Positions 1 to 7,064 of a stretch of DNA of 17,163 nt are shown piece after piece. The translations under genes were made by a program, and so were the position numbers. The DNA is from Campylobacterota bacterium (GTDB lineage Bacteria; Campylobacterota; Campylobacteria; Campylobacterales; Sulfurimonadaceae): NCBI GenBank assembly GCA_034661055.1, contig JAYEKO010000043.1:1-17163 (forward strand), in the 5' to 3' direction. The notes under the pieces are model-generated. The model did no database searches. It was not told where the DNA came from and saw only the letters and a program-made list of their open reading frames with translations. Each line of letters starts with the position of its first letter. Position 1 is the stretch's first letter.

Positions 1-140
1 ATGAGTGTAGAGATGCATGGGGACTTAGAGAGATAGCTAAAACAGTTCTTCGCGATATTGATAGAAAATTTGGTGAGGACATGCTGTTGCATGCAGAGTA
101 TGCCCAATCTTTTTATCTCTATATGAGGGAGACATCATGA
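1..140 (+). CDS. Probable 3' end of an unidentified protein entering from the left edge (...ECRDAWGLREIAKTVLRDIDRKFGEDMLLHAEYAQSFYLYMRETS*)
   Basis: The frame starting at position 3 is open for 45 codons to TGA 138-140 and reads like a helical protein. It is absent from the ORF track because it is partial. Its end overlaps the end of the ClC remnant. Confidence 0.45.
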   Translation, partial: ECRDAWGLREIAKTVLRDIDRKFGEDMLLHAEYAQSFYLYMRETS

Positions 141-753
141 AGAAATCTAATATCATAGTACGTATAGTCAACACCCAAATACTGTGCTGTAAAAAAAGCG
201 GCAAACCCTGCAATAAATGAGGGAAGCAATACATCATACATTATGAGGCCAATAAAAAGAACCTCCACTCCAAAAACCGAAGCAAACCCTGCACTAATAC
301 CGCAGATAACAAGTTTTTTTCTATCTTTTTTACTAAAATGAAATAACTCCGATACAAAAGAAGCCGCCCCTGCTCCAATCTGTGTACCAGGACCCTCTTT
401 TCCTGCAGAACCTCCAGAAAAAAGAGTAATTACTGTAGCAAAAAGTTTAATAGGCATCACTGCAGTGTCAATCTTTCCATCTTTTTTGTGAATGGCTTCA
501 ATTACTTTTTCTGTACCATGCCCTTCAGCATCGGGAGCAAACTTTTTCACCATCGAAACACTTAGTAAGAGGGCAAAAGGAAGTAGGTAATAGTGTGGAA
601 AAGGAAGCAGTGACTGACCCTGTTGGAAGTAGTGCAGTATTTTTAAAAAGAGTGTTACCATCCCCCCAATAATAATGCCAATGAACATAGAGAGAAAATC
701 CACTTTGTAACACTAATAAAAATAGTGACCTGCTCTAGAGTATGCTGCTTCAA
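119..753 (-). pseudogene. ClC/EriC-family chloride channel/transporter, degraded (frameshift, internal deletion, C-terminal half missing)
   Basis: ClC motifs GHGTE (GSGIP position), GGSAGKEGP and CGISAGFASVFG. A TTG at 753 gives MKQHTLEQVTIFISVTKWIF, which joins the 119-703 frame only if one T is restored in the run at 695-698. The xPxxG segment between VFG and VEVL is absent. The frame stops after about 210 codons, against more than 400 in normal ClCs. Confidence 0.85.
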
Positions 754-766
754 ATGAAACTTTGAA

Positions 767-1234
767 CTACGCTTGCAGCTCTGCTAAACGTGACTGTACT
801 TTAGCCACGTGCTCTTTCACACGTACTTTTTCCCACATCTCAGCAATATTACCATCAGGGTCAATAAGAAGTGTTGTACGGATAATACCCATATATTCAC
901 GACCGTAATTTTTCTTTAACTGCCATACTCCATACTCTTGCATCATCTGAGTATCTTCATCACTAAGCAGAGTAATAGTCAACTCTTTTTTCTCAATAAA
1001 ATTACGATGTTTTTTTGTACTATCTGCACTCACGCCTAATATAATCGCATCTAAATCACTAAAGTCTGCTTCTGCTTCTGTGAACTCACATGCTTCGGTA
1101 GTACACCCTGGTGTATTATCTTTTGGGTAAAAATACAGAACAATCCACTTACCTTTTAGATCTCGAAGACATATCTCAACATCATCTTGGTTTGGCAGAC
1201 AGAAGTCTGGTGCTTTTTTTCCTATTTCAATCAT
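767..1234 (-). CDS. bcp: Thioredoxin-dependent peroxiredoxin Bcp/PrxQ
   Basis: LYFYPKDNTPGCTTEAC motif with peroxidatic and resolving Cys; GVSAD and RTTLLIDPDG; AAGGA ribosome site upstream. Confidence 0.95.
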   Translation of the reverse strand: MIEIGKKAPDFCLPNQDDVEICLRDLKGKWIVLYFYPKDNTPGCTTEACEFTEAEADFSDLDAIILGVSADSTKKHRNFIEKKELTITLLSDEDTQMMQEYGVWQLKKNYGREYMGIIRTTLLIDPDGNIAEMWEKVRVKEHVAKVQSRLAELQA

Positions 1235-1271
1235 CTATTATTCCTTCTATTTTTATTAGGCACTGAGCAAA

Positions 1272-1700
1272 CTAACTATTCTCATCTACAATTTCAATCT
1301 CACTAAAATGCTCTATAAGCATCTGGGCCGCTATCCCATTATCATAACAGAGTAGTTCTTTGTTTTGTTTTAAAATGGGTGTTGTGCCAATTCCACAGCT
1401 TGGTGACTTTGACTTTAAGATAATTTTATCTAAATCAGGGTGAGCATCAATGAGCTTTTGAGTTTCTTGGTGTAAAATTTCTGTTACATCACGACCACTT
1501 TCATCACCAATGACCCGATACTCTCTGTTTTTAAAAACAACAGAGATACGCTCTCTTGGTGTACCTAAAACAGTAGCCTCAGGACAGAATGGAACAATCT
1601 CCCAATCTCTGTAAAGTTCAGGAATCTTAGGGTCTTTTTTAGCACAACCGTCATAACGACAAATTTCGCCAAGAAGACAAGCGGAAATAACCATTTTCAA
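1272..1700 (-). CDS. DUF523 / TudS-family (2-thiouracil desulfidase-like) [4Fe-4S] protein
   Basis: Family motifs ISACLLG..CRYDG, PFCPE...LGTPRE, ILKSKSPSCG and NGIAA. The TTG start overlaps the ALDH stop (TTGA 1697-1700). Confidence 0.85.
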   Translation of the reverse strand: MKMVISACLLGEICRYDGCAKKDPKIPELYRDWEIVPFCPEATVLGTPRERISVVFKNREYRVIGDESGRDVTEILHQETQKLIDAHPDLDKIILKSKSPSCGIGTTPILKQNKELLCYDNGIAAQMLIEHFSEIEIVDENS

Positions 1701-3112
1701 ACAATAACCACCGATTTAATCTCAGTCATCTCTTCAATCGCAAAGTGTGGGCCTTCTCGACCTACACCGCTAAGTTTTACCCCGCCATACGGCTGAATAT
1801 CAAAGCGCAGTGTTGGCATATCGTTAATGACAATGCCTCCAGCATCAAGTTCATCAATTGCACGCTGAGTCAGTTTTAAATCATTTGTAAATACAGAGAA
1901 CTGTAGTCCATACGCAGAGTTATTCATTCGCGGACAAGCATCATCAAAACCATCTACTTTAACAAGACTAACAATAGGAGCAAACACCTCTTCACAGACA
2001 ATGGCCATATCATCAGTAACATCTGCCATTACACAAGGATGAAACATACGTCCATCACGACGTGGCTCTAAAAGAGAACGTGCACCCTCGTCAATAGCAC
2101 TCTCAACCCAACCCATAGCGCGCTCTGCTGCTTCATCATCAATAAGTGGTCCCATAAATGTACTCTCATCATAAGGTGAGCCCACAACCAGCTTTTGTGT
2201 TTCTTGAGCCATTAGATTAGCAAATTCATCATAAATATCTGCATCAACATAGATACGCTGTAGTGAAATACAAACCTGACCCGAATTAACAAAAGCGCCC
2301 AAGGCGCATCTCTGTGCTGCATACGCTAAATCAGCACTCTTATCAATAAACGTTGCTGCATTGCCACCAAGTTCTAAACTTACTTTCTTAATACCTGCAC
2401 TTTTAGTGATGATATTGCCTACAGGAACCGAACCTGTAAAACTAATAACACGAGGGATATCACTCGTAATTAAAGCTGAACCTACTTCTGCATCACCATA
2501 TACGACACTCAATGCATCTTTTATGGCAAACTCACTATCAATAAAAAGTTTTGCAAATTTATAAGCAGTTAGAGGTGCTTCTGGGGTCGGTTTTAGTACT
2601 ACCGCATTTCCAGCAACCAGAGCAGGAGCTAGTTTATGTGCCACTAAGTTAAGTGGAAAATTAAAAGGGGTGATCGCAACAACAACACCTACGGGTTCGC
2701 GACGAAAAAATGCGGTTGTTTTACGACCACTTGGCATAGCATCAGTATTAATAGTTTCACCGTGCATAGTGCGCATTGTCTCAGCAGAGAGTCGTACAGT
2801 CTCAATACAGCGGTCAACTTCAACACGTGCAAATGCAATGGGCTTTCCTACCTCATCAGTAATGGTCCGTGCAATATCTTCTCGACACGCTTTAAGTTTT
2901 TGTGCTACATCAAGCAGCCAATCACAACGTTGAGAGAGAGTTGATTTTTTACATGTAATTGCAGATTTCTGTGCAATTTCAAGTGCTTTTTTTACATCAT
3001 CAGCATCACAAATTGATGCACGACTCACAACATCTCCACTATAGGGGCTCTTTCTTTGTGTAAAATTTTCACTACCACTCTCAATTGATCCAAAAAATAT
3101 TTTTGCGTCCAT
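1697..3112 (-). CDS. NAD(P)-dependent aldehyde dehydrogenase family protein
   Basis: ITPFNFP, LKPTPEAP, FTGS, LELGGN (catalytic Glu), GQVCIS (catalytic Cys), EEVFAP and PYGGVKLSGVGREG. Substrate cannot be assigned. Confidence 0.95.
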   Translation of the reverse strand: MDAKIFFGSIESGSENFTQRKSPYSGDVVSRASICDADDVKKALEIAQKSAITCKKSTLSQRCDWLLDVAQKLKACREDIARTITDEVGKPIAFARVEVDRCIETVRLSAETMRTMHGETINTDAMPSGRKTTAFFRREPVGVVVAITPFNFPLNLVAHKLAPALVAGNAVVLKPTPEAPLTAYKFAKLFIDSEFAIKDALSVVYGDAEVGSALITSDIPRVISFTGSVPVGNIITKSAGIKKVSLELGGNAATFIDKSADLAYAAQRCALGAFVNSGQVCISLQRIYVDADIYDEFANLMAQETQKLVVGSPYDESTFMGPLIDDEAAERAMGWVESAIDEGARSLLEPRRDGRMFHPCVMADVTDDMAIVCEEVFAPIVSLVKVDGFDDACPRMNNSAYGLQFSVFTNDLKLTQRAIDELDAGGIVINDMPTLRFDIQPYGGVKLSGVGREGPHFAIEEMTEIKSVVIV

Positions 3113-3136
3113 AATCCATTCCTTTTAATTACTGAA

Positions 3137-3142
3137 ATTCTA
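3137..3142 (-). promoter_or_regulatory. Putative sigma70 -10 box (TAGAAT) for the ALDH-DUF523 genes
   Basis: On the minus strand ATTAGATAGAAT lies upstream of the AAGGA site and ATG 3112. The identical 12-mer precedes ilvE at 4944-4955. Confidence 0.4.
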
Positions 3143-3143
3143 T

Positions 3144-4364
3144 CTAATTTTTAATAATTTTCACGATTTGCACCAGCATAAAAACAGCACCAACTATCAA
3201 CAATGTACTTCCTATGCTAAAAAGCAGTTGATTTTGAATCAGTAGCGCTATCGTCGTTATAAACAGTCCAAGGCTACTAAAAGTAAGCTGCATCGATGCC
3301 ATTTTTTGATTTACTAACTCATGCAACATCGGTACTTCTTGCTCACCAACTAGAGGTGAATAGCGCTGAAACCAAACTAAAAACGGAATGATTTTATAGA
3401 AATTTCCAAAAATTAAAAAACCCATAAAACCTACAAGCAAAAGCCATAAACCAGGTTTTAGAAGTTCAGAAACACCTAAAAAGCTCAACACTATAAACAG
3501 CCATGCTAAAGCTAAGGAGCCAAAACCGACATACATAGATTTTGCCCAGACATCATGCTCTACTCGTGCACGAGAAGTAAACATATGAAAAAGTTGGTAA
3601 AAATAAAATGCCACTGAAGCCATCATAAAGAGTATTGAAATCTTTTCAAGGGACTCAATCTGAAAAAGAGACCCTGTAATCATAACCATTACTCCTAAAA
3701 ACATCGTCTTAAAACTCAATTCGAAATCGTTATCACTTACCCGTTTTGAATAGCCAAACATAGGAACTAACACTGTTGAGACTCCCATAATAATCATTAA
3801 AACAAACCCACCAATAAGTGAAAATACATGTATATTATACCATCGTGTTGCATTCAACTCAACGCCACTATAAAAGAGAGCCATCATCACACCACTTAAG
3901 ACTCCAAAAAGTAAAAAGAAATTACTCGCTTTCATTGAGGAGATAACACTGGTGCGACGTCGTCCAGATTTAAGTGTCAACCATAAATCTACTGCAAATA
4001 GTACCATAGCCGTTAGCACTAAAATACCGCCAAATGATAAAAATGCGACACTCACATAAAATCCAATAAGCATCACCACTAGACCAAGCAACAGCAAGAT
4101 CCAAATAATATTAAAGAAGCTCATAAATCGATGGTTCGCCTCCACAACAATCGGTGCCAACTGTGCCATAGCAGCAAAAATACTTATCATTACAAAACCG
4201 AGCATAAATTGATGTACCCAAGCCACAAGATTTAAATCGTGCAAATTACATGTAATATCTAAAAATAAAAGAGAGAACATACTTAAGAGATAAAACACTC
4301 CAGCGACAATAAAATAGGGTCCCATAATTCGCATTGGTGGTGAAAAAGTAGGAGAAACGTTCAT
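3144..4364 (-). CDS. Polytopic (about 12 TM) membrane protein, NnrS / heme-copper oxidase subunit I-like uncharacterised family
   Basis: Hydrophobic throughout. Three similar segments (VHQFMLGFVMISIFAAMAQLAP, IHVFSLIGGFVLMIIMGVSTVLVP, LWLLLVGFMGFLIFGNFYKIIP) and a C-terminal KIIPFLVWFQRYSPLVG..VP motif. The family call is from recalled similarity only. Confidence 0.6.
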   Translation of the reverse strand: MNVSPTFSPPMRIMGPYFIVAGVFYLLSMFSLLFLDITCNLHDLNLVAWVHQFMLGFVMISIFAAMAQLAPIVVEANHRFMSFFNIIWILLLLGLVVMLIGFYVSVAFLSFGGILVLTAMVLFAVDLWLTLKSGRRRTSVISSMKASNFFLLFGVLSGVMMALFYSGVELNATRWYNIHVFSLIGGFVLMIIMGVSTVLVPMFGYSKRVSDNDFELSFKTMFLGVMVMITGSLFQIESLEKISILFMMASVAFYFYQLFHMFTSRARVEHDVWAKSMYVGFGSLALAWLFIVLSFLGVSELLKPGLWLLLVGFMGFLIFGNFYKIIPFLVWFQRYSPLVGEQEVPMLHELVNQKMASMQLTFSSLGLFITTIALLIQNQLLFSIGSTLLIVGAVFMLVQIVKIIKN

Positions 4365-4390
4365 ACAATAATCTTTTTGTTTATTTTATA

Positions 4391-4433
4391 GTGATTTGGC
4401 TTAAACAATTTTTTATCTTCATAATCTTAGAAT
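4391..4433 (+). promoter_or_regulatory. Candidate Crp/Fnr (Nss-type) box GTGAT-N4-CTTAA plus -10 TAGAAT for the globin
   Basis: The box at 4391-4404 matches TTGA-N6-TCAA at 6 of 8 positions. TAGAAT at 4428-4433 places the box centre near -42, which is class II activation geometry. Confidence 0.4.
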
Positions 4434-4457
4434 ATGAAAAATAAAATAAGGCTTATA

Positions 4458-4904
4458 ATGAATTTAACAATTACCCCAGGTGTACTTGGTGTTCGTCCAC
4501 CAGTAACAAAACCACATCCCGGTTTTTACCATCAAGTTGGTGAAGAGCGTTTTCGTCGTCTTGTATATGATCATTACGATCTTATTGAGCCAAGTGATAT
4601 TGGATTTCTCTTTCCTATTCATGATGAAGAAGATTTTGAGGCTGCTAAGCAACATGCTGCTGATTTTTTAATACAGATATGCGGTGGCCCGGACTATTTC
4701 AATCAGACTCGTGGTGAGCCGCAAATGGTGGGCAGACACGCCCCTTTTCGTATTGATGAGTATGGACGACAACGATGGTTAGAGTTTTATGCTCAGCTAC
4801 TCCCTGGTCTTGTAGATGAAGGGGTTAACCCAGAGTACATTGAGTCATTTTGGGAGTACCTCGACATCTTTTCAATCTGGCTGCTTAACACTCCAGAGAA
4901 ATAA
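4458..4904 (+). CDS. Group II-like (trHbO) truncated hemoglobin, 148 aa
   Basis: FYHQVG, DHY (TyrB10), FLIQICGGP, RG.P...RHAPFRI (proximal HisF8) and RWL (TrpG8). ATG 4458 follows TAAGG and is preferred over the track start at 4434. Confidence 0.88.
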   Translation: MNLTITPGVLGVRPPVTKPHPGFYHQVGEERFRRLVYDHYDLIEPSDIGFLFPIHDEEDFEAAKQHAADFLIQICGGPDYFNQTRGEPQMVGRHAPFRIDEYGRQRWLEFYAQLLPGLVDEGVNPEYIESFWEYLDIFSIWLLNTPEK

Positions 4905-4976
4905 GGGCGTCTCTAAAAATACTTAACCATTATTAAATCACTTATTAGATAGAATGTCTAACTTTTTACAGCGCCC
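4905..4976. mobile_element. Putative 72-bp MITE-like / IS-end relic
   Basis: Left end GGGCGTCTCTAAAAA (4905-4919) and right end TTTTTACAGCGCCC (4963-4976) are inverted repeats with one mismatch and one indel. TAA flanks both sides (4902-4904 and 4977-4979). No transposase is present. Confidence 0.45.
4950..4955 (+). promoter_or_regulatory. Putative sigma70 -10 box (TAGAAT) for the ilvE operon
   Basis: TAGAAT preceded by an AT-rich tract (TTAAATCACTTATTAGA), about 70 nt upstream of the GGAG site and ATG 5028. Confidence 0.5.
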
Positions 4977-5027
4977 TAAAGCGTCAAGAAGTACCCTTGG
5001 GGTGTAAAAATGATTTTGGAGATATTA

Positions 5028-5945
5028 ATGAACGAAGCCAAATATATTTGGATGAATGGCGAGATGAAGCCTTGGGCTGATGCGCAGACTCATGTTCTCT
5101 CTCATACACTACATTATGGTAATGGTGTCATTGAGGGAACTAAGGCGTACAAAACAGCTAAAGGGTATGCAATTTTTCGTCTCAATGACCATACTGCACG
5201 ACTTATTGAGTCAGCTAAAATGACACTTATTGATATTCCTTACAGTGTTGAAGAACTCAACGCTGCACAAATTGAACTTATTAAGAAAAATGAATTTGAA
5301 GGAGATAATGTCTATCTTCGTCCTTTTGCATTCTTAGGTTATGGCGCAATGGGTGTTTATCATAAAGAGGCACCTGTTGAGACTGTACTAGCCGCATGGG
5401 AATGGGGTGCATATCTTGGAGAAGAGGGAATGGCAAAAGGCATTAAGCTTAAAATAGCTTCTATGAGCCGACCTGCCAACACCTCAAATATGGGTAAAGC
5501 AAAAGCAACTGCTAACTACTTAAACTCTCAAATGGCAAAGTTTGAAGCAATTGATTGTGGCTACGATGAAGCACTACTACTTGATGATCAAGGCTATATT
5601 GCAGAGGCAAGTGGGGCTTGTTTTTTCATGGTAAAAGATGGTCAACTCATCTCACCACCAAATGACAACTCCCTAGCATCAATAACTCAAAAAACAGTTA
5701 TAGAAATGGCCGAAAACATGGGAGTTAAAGTGATTAGACGTCGTATTACCCGTGAAGAAGCATATGTTGCTGATGAAGCATTTTTAACAGGAACAGCTGC
5801 CGAGATTACACCAGTTCGCATTATAGACGCACGTGAAATCGGTTGTGGCGGTCGTGGGAAAGTTACAGAAAAAATTCAAAGTGCTTATTTTGATATCGTG
5901 TTTGGAAGAGATCCAAACTATGAGCACTATTTAACTTACGTATAG
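5028..5945 (+). CDS. ilvE: Branched-chain amino acid aminotransferase
   Basis: LHYGNGVIEG, IFRLNDH..RL, YLRP, AKATANYLNS (PLP Lys), GYDEALLLD and ADEAFLTGTAAEITP. GGAG at 5018-5021 supports ATG 5028. Confidence 0.96.
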   Translation: MNEAKYIWMNGEMKPWADAQTHVLSHTLHYGNGVIEGTKAYKTAKGYAIFRLNDHTARLIESAKMTLIDIPYSVEELNAAQIELIKKNEFEGDNVYLRPFAFLGYGAMGVYHKEAPVETVLAAWEWGAYLGEEGMAKGIKLKIASMSRPANTSNMGKAKATANYLNSQMAKFEAIDCGYDEALLLDDQGYIAEASGACFFMVKDGQLISPPNDNSLASITQKTVIEMAENMGVKVIRRRITREEAYVADEAFLTGTAAEITPVRIIDAREIGCGGRGKVTEKIQSAYFDIVFGRDPNYEHYLTYV

Positions 5946-5953
5946 GAGAAACT

Positions 5954-7048
5954 ATGGCAACAGATATGAATGACTATTTTAACAAAAAGAAAAAAGACAC
6001 AGGTGGATCAGGTGGTGGTTCAGGCGGAAATGGCGGAGGCTTTAAACCAAAAGCACCGCGTCCTCCAAAAATTGATTTAAATTTTGGTGGTGGCAAAGCT
6101 GGTATTATCTACTTTATTGGCGCGATGATCCTATTTTTAGTACTTGCAAAACCTTTTGTAATTATTACTGAAGGGGAGCGTGGTATTCTTTCTACTAATG
6201 GTAAATATGAGCAGCAAGCACTTCTTCCAGGACTGCACTTCATTATACCAATTATTCAAAAAGTCTATTTAGTAGATACAAAAGTACGTATTATAAACTA
6301 CGCAGATAAGATTGACAGAAGCAGTGGATCAGGTGAAGGTATTACTGTTAAACCTACTGTTACCGTCCTAGATAAACGTGGTCTTCCAGTCGGAATTGAG
6401 CTAACAGTTCAGTATCGTTTAAATGCGCAATACGCTGCGCAGACTATTGCAAACTGGGGCTTCTCCTGGGAAGAGAAAATTATTAACCCTGTTGTTCGTG
6501 ATGTTGTTCGTAATGTTATTGGTCAGTACGATGCGGAGTCACTTCCAACAAAACGTAATATAATTGCTACAGAGATTGATAAAGGAATTTCTGCAAGTGT
6601 TACTGGACTTAAAAATGCTCCAGCAGATTTACAATCGGTACAACTTCGTGAAATAATATTACCAACTAAAGTTAAAGAGCAAATCGAGCGTGTTCAAGTA
6701 GCAAAGCAAGAAGTTCAACGTGCAGAACAGGAAGTACAACGTGCAAAACAAGAAGCATTTAAGCGTGCTGCTGAAGCACAAGGTAAGGCTGAAGCAGTGA
6801 AAATTGCAGCAGAAGGTAAAGCAACGGCTATTAAAATTGAAGCCGATGCAACAGCAACGGCAAATATTGTGATTAGTCAATCTCTTACAGAAAAACTCTT
6901 AACACTAGAACAAATTAAAGTTCAAGGACAATTCAATGAAGCGCTTCGTGTAAACAAAGATACTAAGATTTTCCTAACTCCTGGCGGCTCAACTCCAAAT
7001 ATCTGGGTTGATACTAAAGATGCCCAAAAACGCGTTACCGCGCAATAG
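5954..7048 (+). CDS. SPFH/band 7/prohibitin family membrane protein
   Basis: Gly-rich N-terminus, one TM helix, GERG...GK...PGLHFIIP, an SPFH core and a C-terminal Ala/Glu/Gln-rich coiled coil. AGGAG site upstream. Confidence 0.92.
   Translation: MATDMNDYFNKKKKDTGGSGGGSGGNGGGFKPKAPRPPKIDLNFGGGKAGIIYFIGAMILFLVLAKPFVIITEGERGILSTNGKYEQQALLPGLHFIIPIIQKVYLVDTKVRIINYADKIDRSSGSGEGITVKPTVTVLDKRGLPVGIELTVQYRLNAQYAAQTIANWGFSWEEKIINPVVRDVVRNVIGQYDAESLPTKRNIIATEIDKGISASVTGLKNAPADLQSVQLREIILPTKVKEQIERVQVAKQEVQRAEQEVQRAKQEAFKRAAEAQGKAEAVKIAAEGKATAIKIEADATATANIVISQSLTEKLLTLEQIKVQGQFNEALRVNKDTKIFLTPGGSTPNIWVDTKDAQKRVTAQ
6707..6755 (+). repeat. Imperfect 21-bp in-frame tandem repeat encoding coiled-coil heptads (QEVQRAE/QEVQRAK/QE)
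   Basis: CAAGAAGTTCAACGTGCAGAA, CAGGAAGTACAACGTGCAAAA, CAAGAAG. Confidence 0.7.
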
Positions 7049-7064
7049 TAATTAAGGAATAAAC

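Noticed and set aside
137..220. Plus-strand mini-ORF MKKSNIIVRIVNTQILCCKKSGKPCNK with GAGGGAG upstream and an ATGA overlap
   Set aside because: It lies antisense to recognisable ClC coding sequence and is most simply a shadow frame.
380..530. Possible fluoride-specific CLC-F
   Set aside because: The motifs are GHGTE and GKEGP, not the GNNLI/GMGLI and GREGT signatures, and no fluoride riboswitch is visible.
37..713. Track ORFs 37-237 and 525-713
   Set aside because: Alternate frames over the ClC remnant with no recognisable motifs.
2361..2944. Three plus-strand ORFs inside the ALDH gene
   Set aside because: Antisense shadows of a well-conserved gene.
3113..3143. A single operon running from the membrane protein through ALDH to ClC under the Nss-like box
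   Set aside because: Not claimed, because a separate TAGAAT -10 in this spacer suggests ALDH has its own promoter.
4954..5007. Leader peptide MSNFLQRPKASRSTLGV as an ilvE attenuator
   Set aside because: No run of Ile/Leu/Val codons, no ribosome site, the ATG overlaps the -10 box, and no U-tailed terminator follows.
6001..6040. Gly-rich GGSGGGSGGNGGG low-complexity tract
   Set aside because: A common disordered N-terminal feature of SPFH/HflK-like proteins, not a DNA repeat system.
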